A stretch of 64,000 bases of DNA from a candidate division WOR-3 bacterium (GTDB taxonomy: Bacteria; Hydrothermota; 32-111), in assembly GCA_039804105.1 (NCBI GenBank), contig JBDRZU010000001.1:1218602-1282601 (forward strand), given 5' to 3'. Position numbers and translations under genes: made by a program. The notes beneath the pieces are model-generated. The model saw nothing but the letters and a program-made list of their open reading frames with translations, was not told the DNA's origin and ran no database searches. Of this stretch, positions 1 through 10,706 are shown piece after piece. The number at the start of each line of letters is the position of its first letter. The first letter of the stretch is position 1.

Positions 1-62
1 TTCATCCTGATTGAAAAGAGTACAGGAATAAAATAAAAGTATAAACACGATAGAAAAAATAA

Positions 63-2012
63 CTATAAAATTTTTACGATTTTCCATAAAATATCTTTAC
101 CTTTTAAAAAGTATATTCCATTGGAAAGATTCTCAAAAGAAACTTTTTTTGAAACACCTTTTTTAACAACTCTTCCACTCTTATCAAAAATATAGAACTC
201 TTCACCTGTCCAATTCAACTCTTTTTCTTTTAAAATCAGAGTTCTTTCCTTTTTAAATACATCGAATTTTTCTTCAGAAATCAAAAATCTCAGATATGAA
301 TCCTTTTCAACGACAAACTCGATCCTGTTGTCATATCTTATAACGGGTATTTCGATATCGTTCGAGAAAACTCTTATCCTTTCGCTTTGATCAGTGTATT
401 TTGTTATCTTTACTGCAGAATCGGTTTTTACTTTTATGCTTTTTGAATCGTCAAACACTAAAAACCTATCCTTACTCAAAAAAGCCATATCTCCATTGAA
501 TATGAAAGGTGAATCATCAAGAACATTTTTTAATCCAAAACTTTTAATCTGTTCAAAAGGTATTCCATTCTTTTTTCCATAAGTGATAATGTTGTATATG
601 CCACTTCTGTCAGTCGATATATCGATTGTAAAAATTTTTCCATCTGTTGTAAAATTCAGTTTTTCATCTTTAAGTAAACTTTTTAATTTGAAAGAATCTA
701 TGGTAACAGAATCGTTAACAATAAAGAAAGAAAATGTGATCAGATTCGAGAGAACAGAATAGTTTATACTCTTTGTTAAAATGTCCTGTTTGAAAATGTA
801 ATCAGGTTTAACATAACCATATCCATATTCAAGATCATATCCAGGTGATCCAAGATCTACTGAAGTTGAAATGAAAATATCGATGATCTCTTCAAGATTG
901 TATCCAAGAGAAAACATCAAAGCGAAAAGTGATGAGAGATGTGGTGTAGAAAACGATGTGCCCTCAAGGAAATAGAGATAAAAACTTGAAACAACGGGAA
1001 TTGAATCTGTCTGTTCGATCATGGGTGCAAGAATACCTCCATCGTAATCTCCATCTCCATTGTTGTCCTGATAAACAACACCACCAGGTGCAACGAAATC
1101 AAGATTCGTTCCATACTGTGAGTAATAAGTTCTTACAAAATTGTAATCAACTGCACCACAAGATATCGCTTCCTCAAAACCAGCAGGATAGGACAGCTGG
1201 GATACACCTTCATTTCCAGAAGCACAAACAACAGCAACTCCATTGTTTCTTGCGTTTATTATTGCCTGATGGAGAGGTGTCCATCCTGTTGAATCACCAG
1301 CTGGACCTCCAAGGGAAAGATTCAAGACCTTACAACCGTTGTTTACCCCATAATCTATAGCATCAACTATATCTGTTAAGTTACCCTGTCCATTATGATC
1401 TAGAACCCTTAAAACAAGCACTGTGGGAGATTGGACGATCCCGGCAGTTGCAAAATTGTTATCTATATGACTTCCTATAACAGATGTAACCGCGGTTCCA
1501 TGACCGTTCATATCGTTTGGGTGCGCTTCGTCATTAACAAAATCGTATGGAAGGATAAAATTGATGTTGTCGAAATCTGAAAATTTATGGTATTTCCCAT
1601 CACTTGAAGTCACATAAACCGCTTCGTTAGATGGTATCGTAAAATCTTCAAAAGCACAACCAGAATCGAGTATTCCGATTCTTACCCCACTTCCATCGAC
1701 TTTTGAATCAAGAATATACGAAAGGTTGTAATGGTCGGGATTCAAAGACCACTGGTAAGAAAAATATGTATCGTTTGGATTATAGAACGCTTTAACTTTT
1801 GGCTCTTTACAAACACTTATAGCATCTGGAAAAAGTTTTCTGGCTTCATCTATGTCTCCATCAAAAACAATGAATTTATACTTTTCGTTTACTTTGATTA
1901 AATTTTTAATTTCAAAACTTTTTGGAAGATTTTCAAATCTAACAAGTATTCTCTCTCCACTTAAAAATATAAAGAAAAAATAAATCAAAATGAAAATTTT
2001 AAAATTTTTCAT
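63..2012 (-). CDS. Secreted S8 subtilisin-family serine peptidase with T9SS-type C-terminal sorting domain
   Basis: 649-aa ORF. Catalytic triad motifs GILDSG (Asp), HGTAVTSV (His), GTSFSTPH (Ser). Hydrophobic N-terminal signal-like segment. C-terminus GIYFLKGKDILWKIVKIL resembles a T9SS CTD. Confidence 0.85.
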   Translation of the reverse strand: MKNFKIFILIYFFFIFLSGERILVRFENLPKSFEIKNLIKVNEKYKFIVFDGDIDEARKLFPDAISVCKEPKVKAFYNPNDTYFSYQWSLNPDHYNLSYILDSKVDGSGVRIGILDSGCAFEDFTIPSNEAVYVTSSDGKYHKFSDFDNINFILPYDFVNDEAHPNDMNGHGTAVTSVIGSHIDNNFATAGIVQSPTVLVLRVLDHNGQGNLTDIVDAIDYGVNNGCKVLNLSLGGPAGDSTGWTPLHQAIINARNNGVAVVCASGNEGVSQLSYPAGFEEAISCGAVDYNFVRTYYSQYGTNLDFVAPGGVVYQDNNGDGDYDGGILAPMIEQTDSIPVVSSFYLYFLEGTSFSTPHLSSLFALMFSLGYNLEEIIDIFISTSVDLGSPGYDLEYGYGYVKPDYIFKQDILTKSINYSVLSNLITFSFFIVNDSVTIDSFKLKSLLKDEKLNFTTDGKIFTIDISTDRSGIYNIITYGKKNGIPFEQIKSFGLKNVLDDSPFIFNGDMAFLSKDRFLVFDDSKSIKVKTDSAVKITKYTDQSERIRVFSNDIEIPVIRYDNRIEFVVEKDSYLRFLISEEKFDVFKKERTLILKEKELNWTGEEFYIFDKSGRVVKKGVSKKVSFENLSNGIYFLKGKDILWKIVKIL

Positions 2013-2057
2013 TGAGTGAGATTATAACATTTTAAAGTTAAAAATTCAACTTCTATT

Positions 2058-2261
2058 TTATTTTAAACAATTTTCACACTTTAAAAAACCTTCCTTTTCC
2101 GCCTGTTGTTGATTATCCGGCTCAAATCTCACTCCATTTCCTGAACTTATTATCTGATTAACCTTACAATCATGTTTTTCATTGTATAGATCATGGTAGA
2201 TTTTATTTTTCAAATCACCGAGAAATCTGAATCCAAAACGAGAATTTACACTTATAGCCAC
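2058..2261 (-). CDS. Small Ada-like metal-binding (zinc) protein
   Basis: 67-aa ORF with GTG start preceded by GGAGGG. Pattern IYH..(x)..C..I...N..F....AE..GF..C..C resembles the Ada metal-binding domain family. Confidence 0.4.
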   Translation of the reverse strand: MAISVNSRFGFRFLGDLKNKIYHDLYNEKHDCKVNQIISSGNGVRFEPDNQQQAEKEGFLKCENCLK

Positions 2262-2314
2262 TTTCCCTCCTTTTTAATTAATTTACAATAAAATAAAAGA
2301 AAAATCAATAGGTG

Positions 2315-2342
2315 TTGACTTTTTGATGATTTGGATTAAAAT
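2315..2342 (+). promoter_or_regulatory. sigma70-type promoter of the dtxR-feoABC operon
   Basis: TTGACT (2315-2320), 16-nt spacer, TAAAAT (2337-2342), about 30 nt upstream of the ATG at 2374. Confidence 0.55.
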
Positions 2343-2344
2343 AA

Positions 2345-2360
2345 GTTAGTAATAACTAAC
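2345..2360. promoter_or_regulatory. Inverted repeat GTTAGT-aata-ACTAAC, candidate DtxR-family operator
   Basis: Perfect 6-bp arms separated by 4 bp, lying directly after the -10 box. The TTAG/CTAA arms resemble iron-box half-sites of DtxR/IdeR regulators. Confidence 0.4.
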
Positions 2361-2373
2361 ATTGTGAGTTTAT

Positions 2374-2808
2374 ATGAACAAATTAACAAAAAGTCTGGAA
2401 GATTACATTGAAGCGATCTATGTTGTCAGCAGAGAAAAACATTTTTGTAGGGTAAAAGATATACAAAAGATTTTAAAAGTTTCGAAACCATCCATAGTGA
2501 ATGCGTTGAATGTGCTTAAAGAGAAAGAACTTATAGTTCAGGAAAAATATGGATACATAAATCTTACAAAGGAAGGAATGAAAAAGGCGAAAGATGTCTA
2601 TAAAAAACACAGGATAATCACAGAATTTGTTGAAAAAATATTTGAACTTGAAAACGATTCAGCACAGAAAATTGCATGTGAAATCGAGCACATCGTTGAC
2701 AGGAACATCTATGAAAGGATGGAAAAGATTTCAAAAAATTTTAACGAAAGAACAAAAAGAATTCTTTATGGAGAGAAAAATGAAACTGACAGATTTAAAG
2801 GAAGGTGA
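2374..2808 (+). CDS. DtxR-family metal-dependent transcriptional repressor
   Basis: 144-aa ORF. N-terminus MNKLTKSLEDYIEAIY and overall layout are typical of DtxR/MntR/IdeR HTH plus dimerisation domains. Lies directly upstream of feoAB. Confidence 0.85.
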   Translation: MNKLTKSLEDYIEAIYVVSREKHFCRVKDIQKILKVSKPSIVNALNVLKEKELIVQEKYGYINLTKEGMKKAKDVYKKHRIITEFVEKIFELENDSAQKIACEIEHIVDRNIYERMEKISKNFNERTKRILYGEKNETDRFKGR

Positions 2809-3001
2809 AAAAGCAAAAGTGTTATCACTTTATGGGGGATCAAATTTTGTATGTAAAATAAAAAACATGGGAATAACCGATCATTGTTTTGTTGAGGTTT
2901 TAAAAAATGATGGAAAGGGACCTCTGATCATAAAACAGGATGGTTCGAAGATAATCATTGGAAGAATGATGGCATCAAAAATCGAAGTTGAAAAATTATG
3001 A
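2768..3001 (+). CDS. feoA: FeoA ferrous iron transport protein A
   Basis: The ORF-track frame is 2627-3001. The likely start is the ATG at 2768 or 2780 (MERKMKLTDLKEGEKAKVLSL...). Small SH3-like FeoA pattern; 4-bp overlap with feoB. Confidence 0.8.
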   Translation: MERKMKLTDLKEGEKAKVLSLYGGSNFVCKIKNMGITDHCFVEVLKNDGKGPLIIKQDGSKIIIGRMMASKIEVEKL

Positions 3002-4965
3002 ACGAAAAAATAGTTGTTGTAGGACAACCAAATAGTGGAAAATCTTCCCTGTTTAATGCTCTAACCGGTCTTGATCAAACGGTTGGTAATTGGCCTGGAG
3101 TTACTGTAGAAAAAAAGGAAGGATTTTTATTTATAGATGGAGAGAGATATGAAGTTGTTGATCTACCTGGGCTTTATGGTTTAACGCCCACAAGTTTAGA
3201 TGAAAAGATCTCTCTTGATTTTTTACTGGAATCTTCACCTTCACTCATTGTAAACATTCTTGATGGATCAAATCTTGAAAGATCTTTGTTTTTATCTTTA
3301 CAACTCTTTTTTCTCGACATCCCGATAATATTTTTTGTAAACAAGATAGATGTTGCAAAAAGTAAAGGTATAAAAATTGATGAAGAAAAGTTAAAAGAGA
3401 TATTTTCATGTGATATAGTTTTTGGTTCAGTTAAAAATGGTGAGGGGATAGATGAGTTAAAAAGGGTTATAAAAAATAACATTCATAAAAAGATATGTGA
3501 AACAAAATATTTTAAAGTCAGTGATAAAATATATTCGTATATAGAAAAAATATCGGAAATCCTTATAAAATATAAAGAATTTGAACATCATCCCAAATTC
3601 TTTTCATTAAAAGTTATTGAGGATGATAAAAATTTTTCTCCATTTATTTGTAAAATACTTGATTCTGAGGATCTTTCAAAAATAAAGAAAAATGTTGAGG
3701 AACTCTATAAAGATTTTAAAAAAAAGGATTTTTTGACTCTTGACTGGTTTTATTCTTTAAGTAGAGGTATTACAGGAGAGGTTACAAAAAGAGAATTTTA
3801 TGATAAAAAAAGTTTAACAGAAGAAATAGATAATACGCTTTTAAACAGATTTTTTTCTATTCCGATTTTTTTGATTATCTTTCTTTTTATATTCTTTTTA
3901 ACATTCTTTTTCGGGGATATCTTTTCAAAGATTATCTCTTTTCTTTTTGAGACAATTTCAACATATCTATCGAAAGTTTTAGAAAAAGGTTTTATTCTAT
4001 CGTTTTTAACTGAAGGCATAATCGGTGGTCTGGGTTCTGTGATTACCCTGATCCCGTATATTTTTTTTATGTATTTTTTTCTTGGTTTTCTTGAGGATAC
4101 CGGTTATCTTGCAAGAGTTGTTTTCATTATGGATAGATTTATGCATAAGATAGGACTTCATGGAAAATCTTTTATATCCCTGATACTTGGTTTTGGATGT
4201 TCTGTTCCCGCAGTTCTTTCAACAAGAGTTCTTGATACTCCAAAAGACAGAATAAAAACTATACTCATTATACCTTTTATACCCTGTTCATCAAGGTTAA
4301 CTGTTCTGATATTCCTTGGAGCCATACTTTTTGGGAAATTTGATTTTCTAATAATTTTTATTCTGTTTTTGCTTTCAATAGTTTTTGCAATTTTTTCAGG
4401 TTTTATTTTTGATAGGTTCCTTTTGAAAGAAACGAGTGAAGGTCTTATAATGGAACTACCTGATTACCACCTTCCAACAATAAAAAATCTTTTGTTGAAC
4501 TCTTATTTCAAGGTAAAAGATTTTATTAAGAGAGCTGGAACATTGATTTTTTTGATAACTCTTATTATTTTTCTTCTCTCATATTTCCCTCAAAATGTTG
4601 ATGGAGGTTTTATAAAAATTGGAGGAGAAAAGATAACATTTTTATTTAGACCTCTTGGTTTTGATATGGAAAGAACTGTATCCCTCCTGACCGGATTTTT
4701 TGCAAAGGAATCTGTTGTTTCAACTCTTGGTGTTCTGTATAAAGGAGAACAATTGGAAAACATAATAAGCGCAAGATGGGGAAAGATAGATGGGTTTGTT
4801 TTCCTTTTATTTTTGATGATATATCTTCCCTGTATTGCAACAGCGATAGTTATAAAACAGGAAACAGGATCATACCTTTACCTTTCAGGTATCATTGTTT
4901 ACTCAGTTTTTTTTGCTTATATAATATCTTTTATAGCAAGATATCTTTTGATCGCGATATTTTGA
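2998..4965 (+). CDS. feoB: FeoB ferrous iron transporter (G-protein plus permease)
   Basis: 655 aa. N-terminal GTPase P-loop GQPNSGKSSLFNALTG, followed by a multi-pass membrane domain. Confidence 0.95.
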   Translation: MNEKIVVVGQPNSGKSSLFNALTGLDQTVGNWPGVTVEKKEGFLFIDGERYEVVDLPGLYGLTPTSLDEKISLDFLLESSPSLIVNILDGSNLERSLFLSLQLFFLDIPIIFFVNKIDVAKSKGIKIDEEKLKEIFSCDIVFGSVKNGEGIDELKRVIKNNIHKKICETKYFKVSDKIYSYIEKISEILIKYKEFEHHPKFFSLKVIEDDKNFSPFICKILDSEDLSKIKKNVEELYKDFKKKDFLTLDWFYSLSRGITGEVTKREFYDKKSLTEEIDNTLLNRFFSIPIFLIIFLFIFFLTFFFGDIFSKIISFLFETISTYLSKVLEKGFILSFLTEGIIGGLGSVITLIPYIFFMYFFLGFLEDTGYLARVVFIMDRFMHKIGLHGKSFISLILGFGCSVPAVLSTRVLDTPKDRIKTILIIPFIPCSSRLTVLIFLGAILFGKFDFLIIFILFLLSIVFAIFSGFIFDRFLLKETSEGLIMELPDYHLPTIKNLLLNSYFKVKDFIKRAGTLIFLITLIIFLLSYFPQNVDGGFIKIGGEKITFLFRPLGFDMERTVSLLTGFFAKESVVSTLGVLYKGEQLENIISARWGKIDGFVFLLFLMIYLPCIATAIVIKQETGSYLYLSGIIVYSVFFAYIISFIARYLLIAIF

Positions 4966-4969
4966 ATTT

Positions 4970-5164
4970 ATGATAGAGGAAATAATAAATTTCATTTTGA
5001 ACAATAGAGTTGTAACAAAAAAGGAGATAACAAAAAAATTTGACATAGATGAACATTTTCTGGATTATATTATAAGTTATGCAAATAAAAGGGGTTACAA
5101 AATAAAAAAAGAAAAAAATAAGATTTTTAAATGTTCATCCTGTCCATATAAAAAATTTTTTTAG
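4970..5164 (+). CDS. FeoC-like small winged-helix protein
   Basis: 64-aa ORF immediately after feoB. Helix-rich N-terminus and C-terminal CSSCP cysteines, as in FeoC-like proteins. Confidence 0.4.
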   Translation: MIEEIINFILNNRVVTKKEITKKFDIDEHFLDYIISYANKRGYKIKKEKNKIFKCSSCPYKKFF

Positions 5165-5253
5165 GACTTGACAATCCCTTTTTTAAAATTAAATTTATCT
5201 TGTCATATTTAGAGATATTTTCATTTTTAAATAAAATAAAAGGAGGTATATTT

Positions 5254-5541
5254 ATGGCAAAGGAGAGTAAAATCCAACCTATCAACGGAAAAGTCCTTAT
5301 TAAAAGGATTGAAGAAAAAGAGGTAAAAAAAGGTTCCATTATAATCCCCGACACAGCGAAAGAGAAACCACAACAGGGAGAGGTTATTGCTGCTTCTAAA
5401 AAACTTGATGGAAAAGATCCTGATGTTAAACCAGGAGATATCGTTCTTTTTGGAAAATATGCTGGAACAGATATTGAGGTTGATGGTGTTGAGTATGTTA
5501 TAATGGACTCAACAGATATTCTTGCAATCATAAACAAATAA
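5254..5541 (+). CDS. groES: Co-chaperonin GroES
   Basis: The ORF-track frame begins at 5200. The likely start is the ATG at 5254, preceded by AGGAGG (5241-5246). Sequence MAKESKIQPINGKVLIKR...IIIPDTAKEKPQQGEV is typical of GroES. Confidence 0.95.
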   Translation: MAKESKIQPINGKVLIKRIEEKEVKKGSIIIPDTAKEKPQQGEVIAASKKLDGKDPDVKPGDIVLFGKYAGTDIEVDGVEYVIMDSTDILAIINK

Positions 5542-7188
<1,647 letters not shown>

Positions 7189-7199
7189 TATGAAAAATT

Positions 7200-7223
7200 G
7201 ATGGCGGGTTTTTACCCGCCATC
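7200..7223 (+). terminator. GC stem-loop after groEL (possible terminator)
   Basis: GATGGCGGG-ttttta-CCCGCCATC is a perfect 9-bp stem 11 nt after the groEL stop. No T-run follows on the plus strand, so confidence is moderate. Confidence 0.45.
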
Positions 7224-7240
7224 GAAAAATGGAGTGAAAA

Positions 7241-7513
7241 ATGCCAAACTACGATTATAAATGCAAAAAGTGTGGACTTGTGTTCAACGTTTTTCACAAA
7301 ATGTCAGACAGACCTTCTGTTAAATGTCCTGAATGTGATTCGGTTTCAGAGAAAATTTTAAGTTATAATTCGAACATTATTTTTAAAGGTTCAGGGTTTT
7401 ATGTGAACGATTACAAAAAGAATAACTCAACAGGGAGTGGACAGAAAGAAGATAAAGAAAAATCGAAATGTTCTGGTGGAAACTGTTCTGGTTCCTGTTC
7501 TTCATGTAGTTGA
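7241..7513 (+). CDS. FmdB-family zinc-ribbon protein
   Basis: N-terminus MPNYDYKCKKCG...KCPECDS (CxxC...CxxC) plus a Cys/Gly/Ser-rich tail, typical of the FmdB putative regulatory family. Confidence 0.75.
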   Translation: MPNYDYKCKKCGLVFNVFHKMSDRPSVKCPECDSVSEKILSYNSNIIFKGSGFYVNDYKKNNSTGSGQKEDKEKSKCSGGNCSGSCSSCS

Positions 7514-9295
7514 TTAAATTTTTTTCAAAACAACTATAATATTTTCAATATCTGAAGGATCTATAAGTCCATATAGATCTTTTATCTTTTCAACTTCATA
7601 CTTTGAAAGGATCTCTTTTGCCTCTTTTGAGATTATCGGGGATGTCAACAATCTGTTTTTATCTTTTATCAACTTTTCACCATTCTCAAGGATTATTTTT
7701 GTTATCCTTTTATATTTTTCTATATATCCTCTGTACTTATTTTCTGAATATATGAAAATTAATGCTCTTTCAGAAAATTCGGGTAATAATTTTTTAAAAT
7801 CTTCATAAGGGAATGATGGATCCTTTAAAAACTCAAACTTTTTCTTTAAAATAAAATTCTCTTTATCATGATAAAGAAAATTTTTTAACTCTTCTGCTTC
7901 TTCAAAAAGTTTTTTGTATAGTTCAGATCTTCTGCCGTTAAACTTTATCTTTTCGACTATATCTTTCAATCTTACAAATGAGTTATCCTGTCTTAAAAAC
8001 AATCTATTTTCAGATCTTGAAGTGAACAACCTGTATGGCTCCGTTAGATCCTTTTTGATTATATCGTCTATCAAAACTCCAATGTATGAGTTAAACCTAT
8101 CAAAAACTATATTATCTTTTCCAAGAAAAGATAATGCAGCGTTTAAACCCGCTACATAACCCTGTGCTGCTGCTTCTTCATATCCACTTGTTCCGTTAAT
8201 CTGTCCAGCAAAAAAAAGACCTTTTATACCTTTATGTTCAAGAGTTGGTTTTATCTGTTTACTTTTCAATGCATCATATTCAATAGCATATCCTGGTTGA
8301 GTAAAAACACTTTTTTCAAGACCTTTTATACTCTGGATGTATTCATATTGAACATCAACAGGTAATGAAGAAGATGCACCGTTTACATAAACCAGTTCAC
8401 TTTCAACACCCATTGGTTCGATGAAGATCGTGTGTGAACTTCTATCTGAAAATTTTACAACTTTATCTTCCAGAGATGGACAATATCTTGGCCCTTTCCC
8501 TTCTATATTTCCAGAATAGAGTGCGGAAAGATGAAGATTTTCTTTAATCGTTTTGTGTGTATTCTCATTTGTTCTTGTGATATAACAGGAAATTTTGTTT
8601 TCTACTTTTTGGGTTAATATTGAAAAAGATCCTGTATTATCCTCTCCCTTCTGTTCCTCCATTTTTGAAAAGTCAACACTGTTTTTCTTCAATCTTGGAC
8701 TTGTTCCCGTTTTTAACCTTATCAGTTTTATTCCTGTATTTTTTAAAGATTCTGATAATTTTAAAGAACTTTTTTCAGAAAATCTTCCTCCGTTTATCTG
8801 TTCTTTTCCAATAAAAATTTTTCCACCAAGGAATGTTCCCGAACATATAATAACATAACCAGTTTTTATCATACCAGTTTTTTCAAGTTTAATCCCGGCA
8901 ACTTTATTTTCTTGAACAACTATCTCAACAACTTCATCCTCAACGATTGAAAGGTTTTTAAAATTTTCTAATATTTTTAACGCGTTTTTAGGATAGGTAT
9001 CAGAATCTATCTGTGCTCTTAACGACCAAACAGCGGGTCCCTTACTTGAGTTTAAAAGTTTAAAATGTATTCCCGATAGATCTGCAAGAAGAGGCATAGA
9101 ACCTGAAAGCACATCGAGTTCAAATACAAGATGGCTTTTTCCGATTCCACCGATTGATGGATTGCATGAAGGGAACCCGATTTTGTTTCTATCGAAAGTA
9201 ACCAGAAGTGTTTTAAGATTGAAATTACTTATTATTGTGGCTGCCTCTATACCGGCATGTCCACCACCAACAACAACGATATCGTATTGGGACAT
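7514..9295 (-). CDS. mnmG: tRNA uridine 5-carboxymethylaminomethyl modification enzyme MnmG (GidA)
   Basis: 593 aa. N-terminal FAD-binding motif YDIVVVGGGHAGIEAA and GidA-like sequence throughout. Confidence 0.95.
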   Translation of the reverse strand: MSQYDIVVVGGGHAGIEAATIISNFNLKTLLVTFDRNKIGFPSCNPSIGGIGKSHLVFELDVLSGSMPLLADLSGIHFKLLNSSKGPAVWSLRAQIDSDTYPKNALKILENFKNLSIVEDEVVEIVVQENKVAGIKLEKTGMIKTGYVIICSGTFLGGKIFIGKEQINGGRFSEKSSLKLSESLKNTGIKLIRLKTGTSPRLKKNSVDFSKMEEQKGEDNTGSFSILTQKVENKISCYITRTNENTHKTIKENLHLSALYSGNIEGKGPRYCPSLEDKVVKFSDRSSHTIFIEPMGVESELVYVNGASSSLPVDVQYEYIQSIKGLEKSVFTQPGYAIEYDALKSKQIKPTLEHKGIKGLFFAGQINGTSGYEEAAAQGYVAGLNAALSFLGKDNIVFDRFNSYIGVLIDDIIKKDLTEPYRLFTSRSENRLFLRQDNSFVRLKDIVEKIKFNGRRSELYKKLFEEAEELKNFLYHDKENFILKKKFEFLKDPSFPYEDFKKLLPEFSERALIFIYSENKYRGYIEKYKRITKIILENGEKLIKDKNRLLTSPIISKEAKEILSKYEVEKIKDLYGLIDPSDIENIIVVLKKI

Positions 9296-9298
9296 TAT

Positions 9299-9763
9299 TT
9301 AAACTGTTTCTTCCTCTTTGAAAATTCGGATAATATCTTTTGCTGTTTCAGCTTTAAGAATTTTTTCTCTGAAACTTTCCTTTCTGCATATTCTCGAAAT
9401 TCTTGCAAGGAGTTGAATGTATTTATTTTTATTCTCTTCATTCGATGCTATAAGAAAGAATATGTGTACCGGCTTTGAATCGAAAGATTTAAAATCGATC
9501 CCATCCCTTGATATACCAAACGCAAGAGCGAGTCCTGCCACTGTTTCAGTTCTTGCATGTGGTATCGCAATGTTGTGTCCAATACCTGTTGTTTCGATCG
9601 CTTCCCTTTCTTTCAGTTTTTCAACAAGCAGATTTTTATCCTCAACAAGGTTGTTGTCAACAAGTATCTGTGCAAGTTCAACCAAAACATCGTCTTTGGT
9701 TTTTGATTTCAAATCTGGTTTTATAAGTTTTTCATTTAAAAGGTTATATAAAAATTCCATCAA
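9299..9763 (-). CDS. ptsN: PTS EIIA-type nitrogen-regulatory protein (PtsN-like)
   Basis: 154 aa with the EIIA(Ntr/Fru) signature GIGHNIAIPHAR around the phosphorylatable His. Confidence 0.8.
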   Translation of the reverse strand: MMEFLYNLLNEKLIKPDLKSKTKDDVLVELAQILVDNNLVEDKNLLVEKLKEREAIETTGIGHNIAIPHARTETVAGLALAFGISRDGIDFKSFDSKPVHIFFLIASNEENKNKYIQLLARISRICRKESFREKILKAETAKDIIRIFKEEETV

Positions 9764-10542
9764 TCTTCCTCTTCTTTTTTAAAAATATTTTTTATTCTAT
9801 CAAAAAAACTGAAATTATTCAAGACCCTATTTTCTAAAAATTCTCCTACAACCACTTTTGAAGGATTTTCATAAAAAATTTTAATTGCGACATTTTTTCC
9901 AAAATTTTTTTCAATTACATTATAAGAGGATGATAGTATCGGTGGTCTTAAATCGATTGAATGTGCATCTGAAGAAATAAAATGAACAAGATTTTTTTTA
10001 AAAACTTTTAAAAACAGAGGAAAAACACTCTTATTTAAAGCATCATCCGTGTTAAACTGGAACAGAACTCCAAGATCTAAAAGTTCTTCAAGAAAAGAGA
10101 TGTTTGAAAAAATTTTTCTGTTCCTGAAAGGATGCACGATTATTGGGGTTATATCCATAGAGGTAAAATATTTTATTATTTCTTTATAATATAAAGGTAT
10201 ATCGAGAAAAGGAAATTCAAGAAGTATATATTTTCCCATTTCGTTTATGGTTAAAATATTTATATTTTCTTCATACTTTTTGATCAGGTCCTTATCGATT
10301 CTAACCTCAAACCCAAGATGTAGTTTTATATTGATATTTTCTTTTTCTGCTTTTTCTTTTAAGGTCTGGAAATTTTGTTTTGCCTGATCTGGTTCGTATC
10401 TGAATTCTTCTGCGATGTGTGGAGTTAAAACAATCTCTTTTATCCCATCATTTTGGGCAATTTTCAACATTTCCAGAGATGTTTCAAGATCTTTTGGTCC
10501 ATCATCTATTCCATAAAGTAAATGGTTATGAATATCGATCAT
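9760..10542 (-). CDS. PHP-family protein-tyrosine phosphatase (CpsB/YwqE-like)
   Basis: 260 aa. N-terminus MIDIHNHLLYGIDDGPKDLETSLEMLKIA matches the CpsB/CapC metal-dependent phosphatase pattern. Confidence 0.75.
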   Translation of the reverse strand: MIDIHNHLLYGIDDGPKDLETSLEMLKIAQNDGIKEIVLTPHIAEEFRYEPDQAKQNFQTLKEKAEKENINIKLHLGFEVRIDKDLIKKYEENINILTINEMGKYILLEFPFLDIPLYYKEIIKYFTSMDITPIIVHPFRNRKIFSNISFLEELLDLGVLFQFNTDDALNKSVFPLFLKVFKKNLVHFISSDAHSIDLRPPILSSSYNVIEKNFGKNVAIKIFYENPSKVVVGEFLENRVLNNFSFFDRIKNIFKKEEED

Positions 10543-10551
10543 ATAAATTGT

Positions 10552-10579
10552 ATTTTAACAAAAACCGATTTATTTTCAA
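10552..10579 (-). promoter_or_regulatory. sigma70-type promoter of the cpsB-ptsN-mnmG operon (near-leaderless)
   Basis: Minus strand reads TTGAAA (plus 10574-10579), 16-nt spacer ending TGT, TAAAAT (plus 10552-10557). The ATG at 10542 lies only 9 nt after the -10 box and has no Shine-Dalgarno sequence. Confidence 0.4.
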
Positions 10580-10591
10580 TAAAAATTTTTC

Positions 10592-10620
10592 TTGACAAAA
10601 AATAAAAAATTTTCTAAAAT
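10592..10620 (+). promoter_or_regulatory. sigma70-type promoter upstream of the LVIVD/T9SS cargo gene
   Basis: TTGACA (10592-10597), 17-nt spacer, TAAAAT (10615-10620). It is followed by AAGGAGG (10631-10637) and the ATG at 10643. Confidence 0.6.
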
Positions 10621-10642
10621 TCAAATATAAAAGGAGGTAAAT

Positions 10643-10690
10643 ATGAAGAAGAGAAGAGAAGAGAAGAGAAGAGATCTTTCTCAGTTGTAA
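10643..10690 (+). other. 15-codon ORF from the strong start site, out of frame with the downstream 1085-aa ORF
   Basis: ATG 10643 translates to MKKRREEKRRDLSQL then stop (10688-10690). The large ORF frame is open from 10647 onward in a different frame. Confidence 0.8.
10647..10674. repeat. Pentanucleotide simple-sequence repeat (AAGAG/GAGAA), about 5.6 units
   Basis: Hand count gives five perfect AAGAG units at 10649-10673 plus partial flanks, starting at codon 2 of the ATG at 10643. Confidence 0.9.
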
Positions 10691-10706
10691 AAAGTTTTCC
10701 ATTTTA

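Noticed and set aside
5161-5253. Search for a CIRCE (HrcA) operator and a clean promoter upstream of groES.
   Set aside because: No TTAGCACTC-N9-GAGTGCTAA-like inverted repeat is present. TTGACA at 5168-5173 lacks a convincing -10 box at 16-18 nt, so I do not annotate a promoter.
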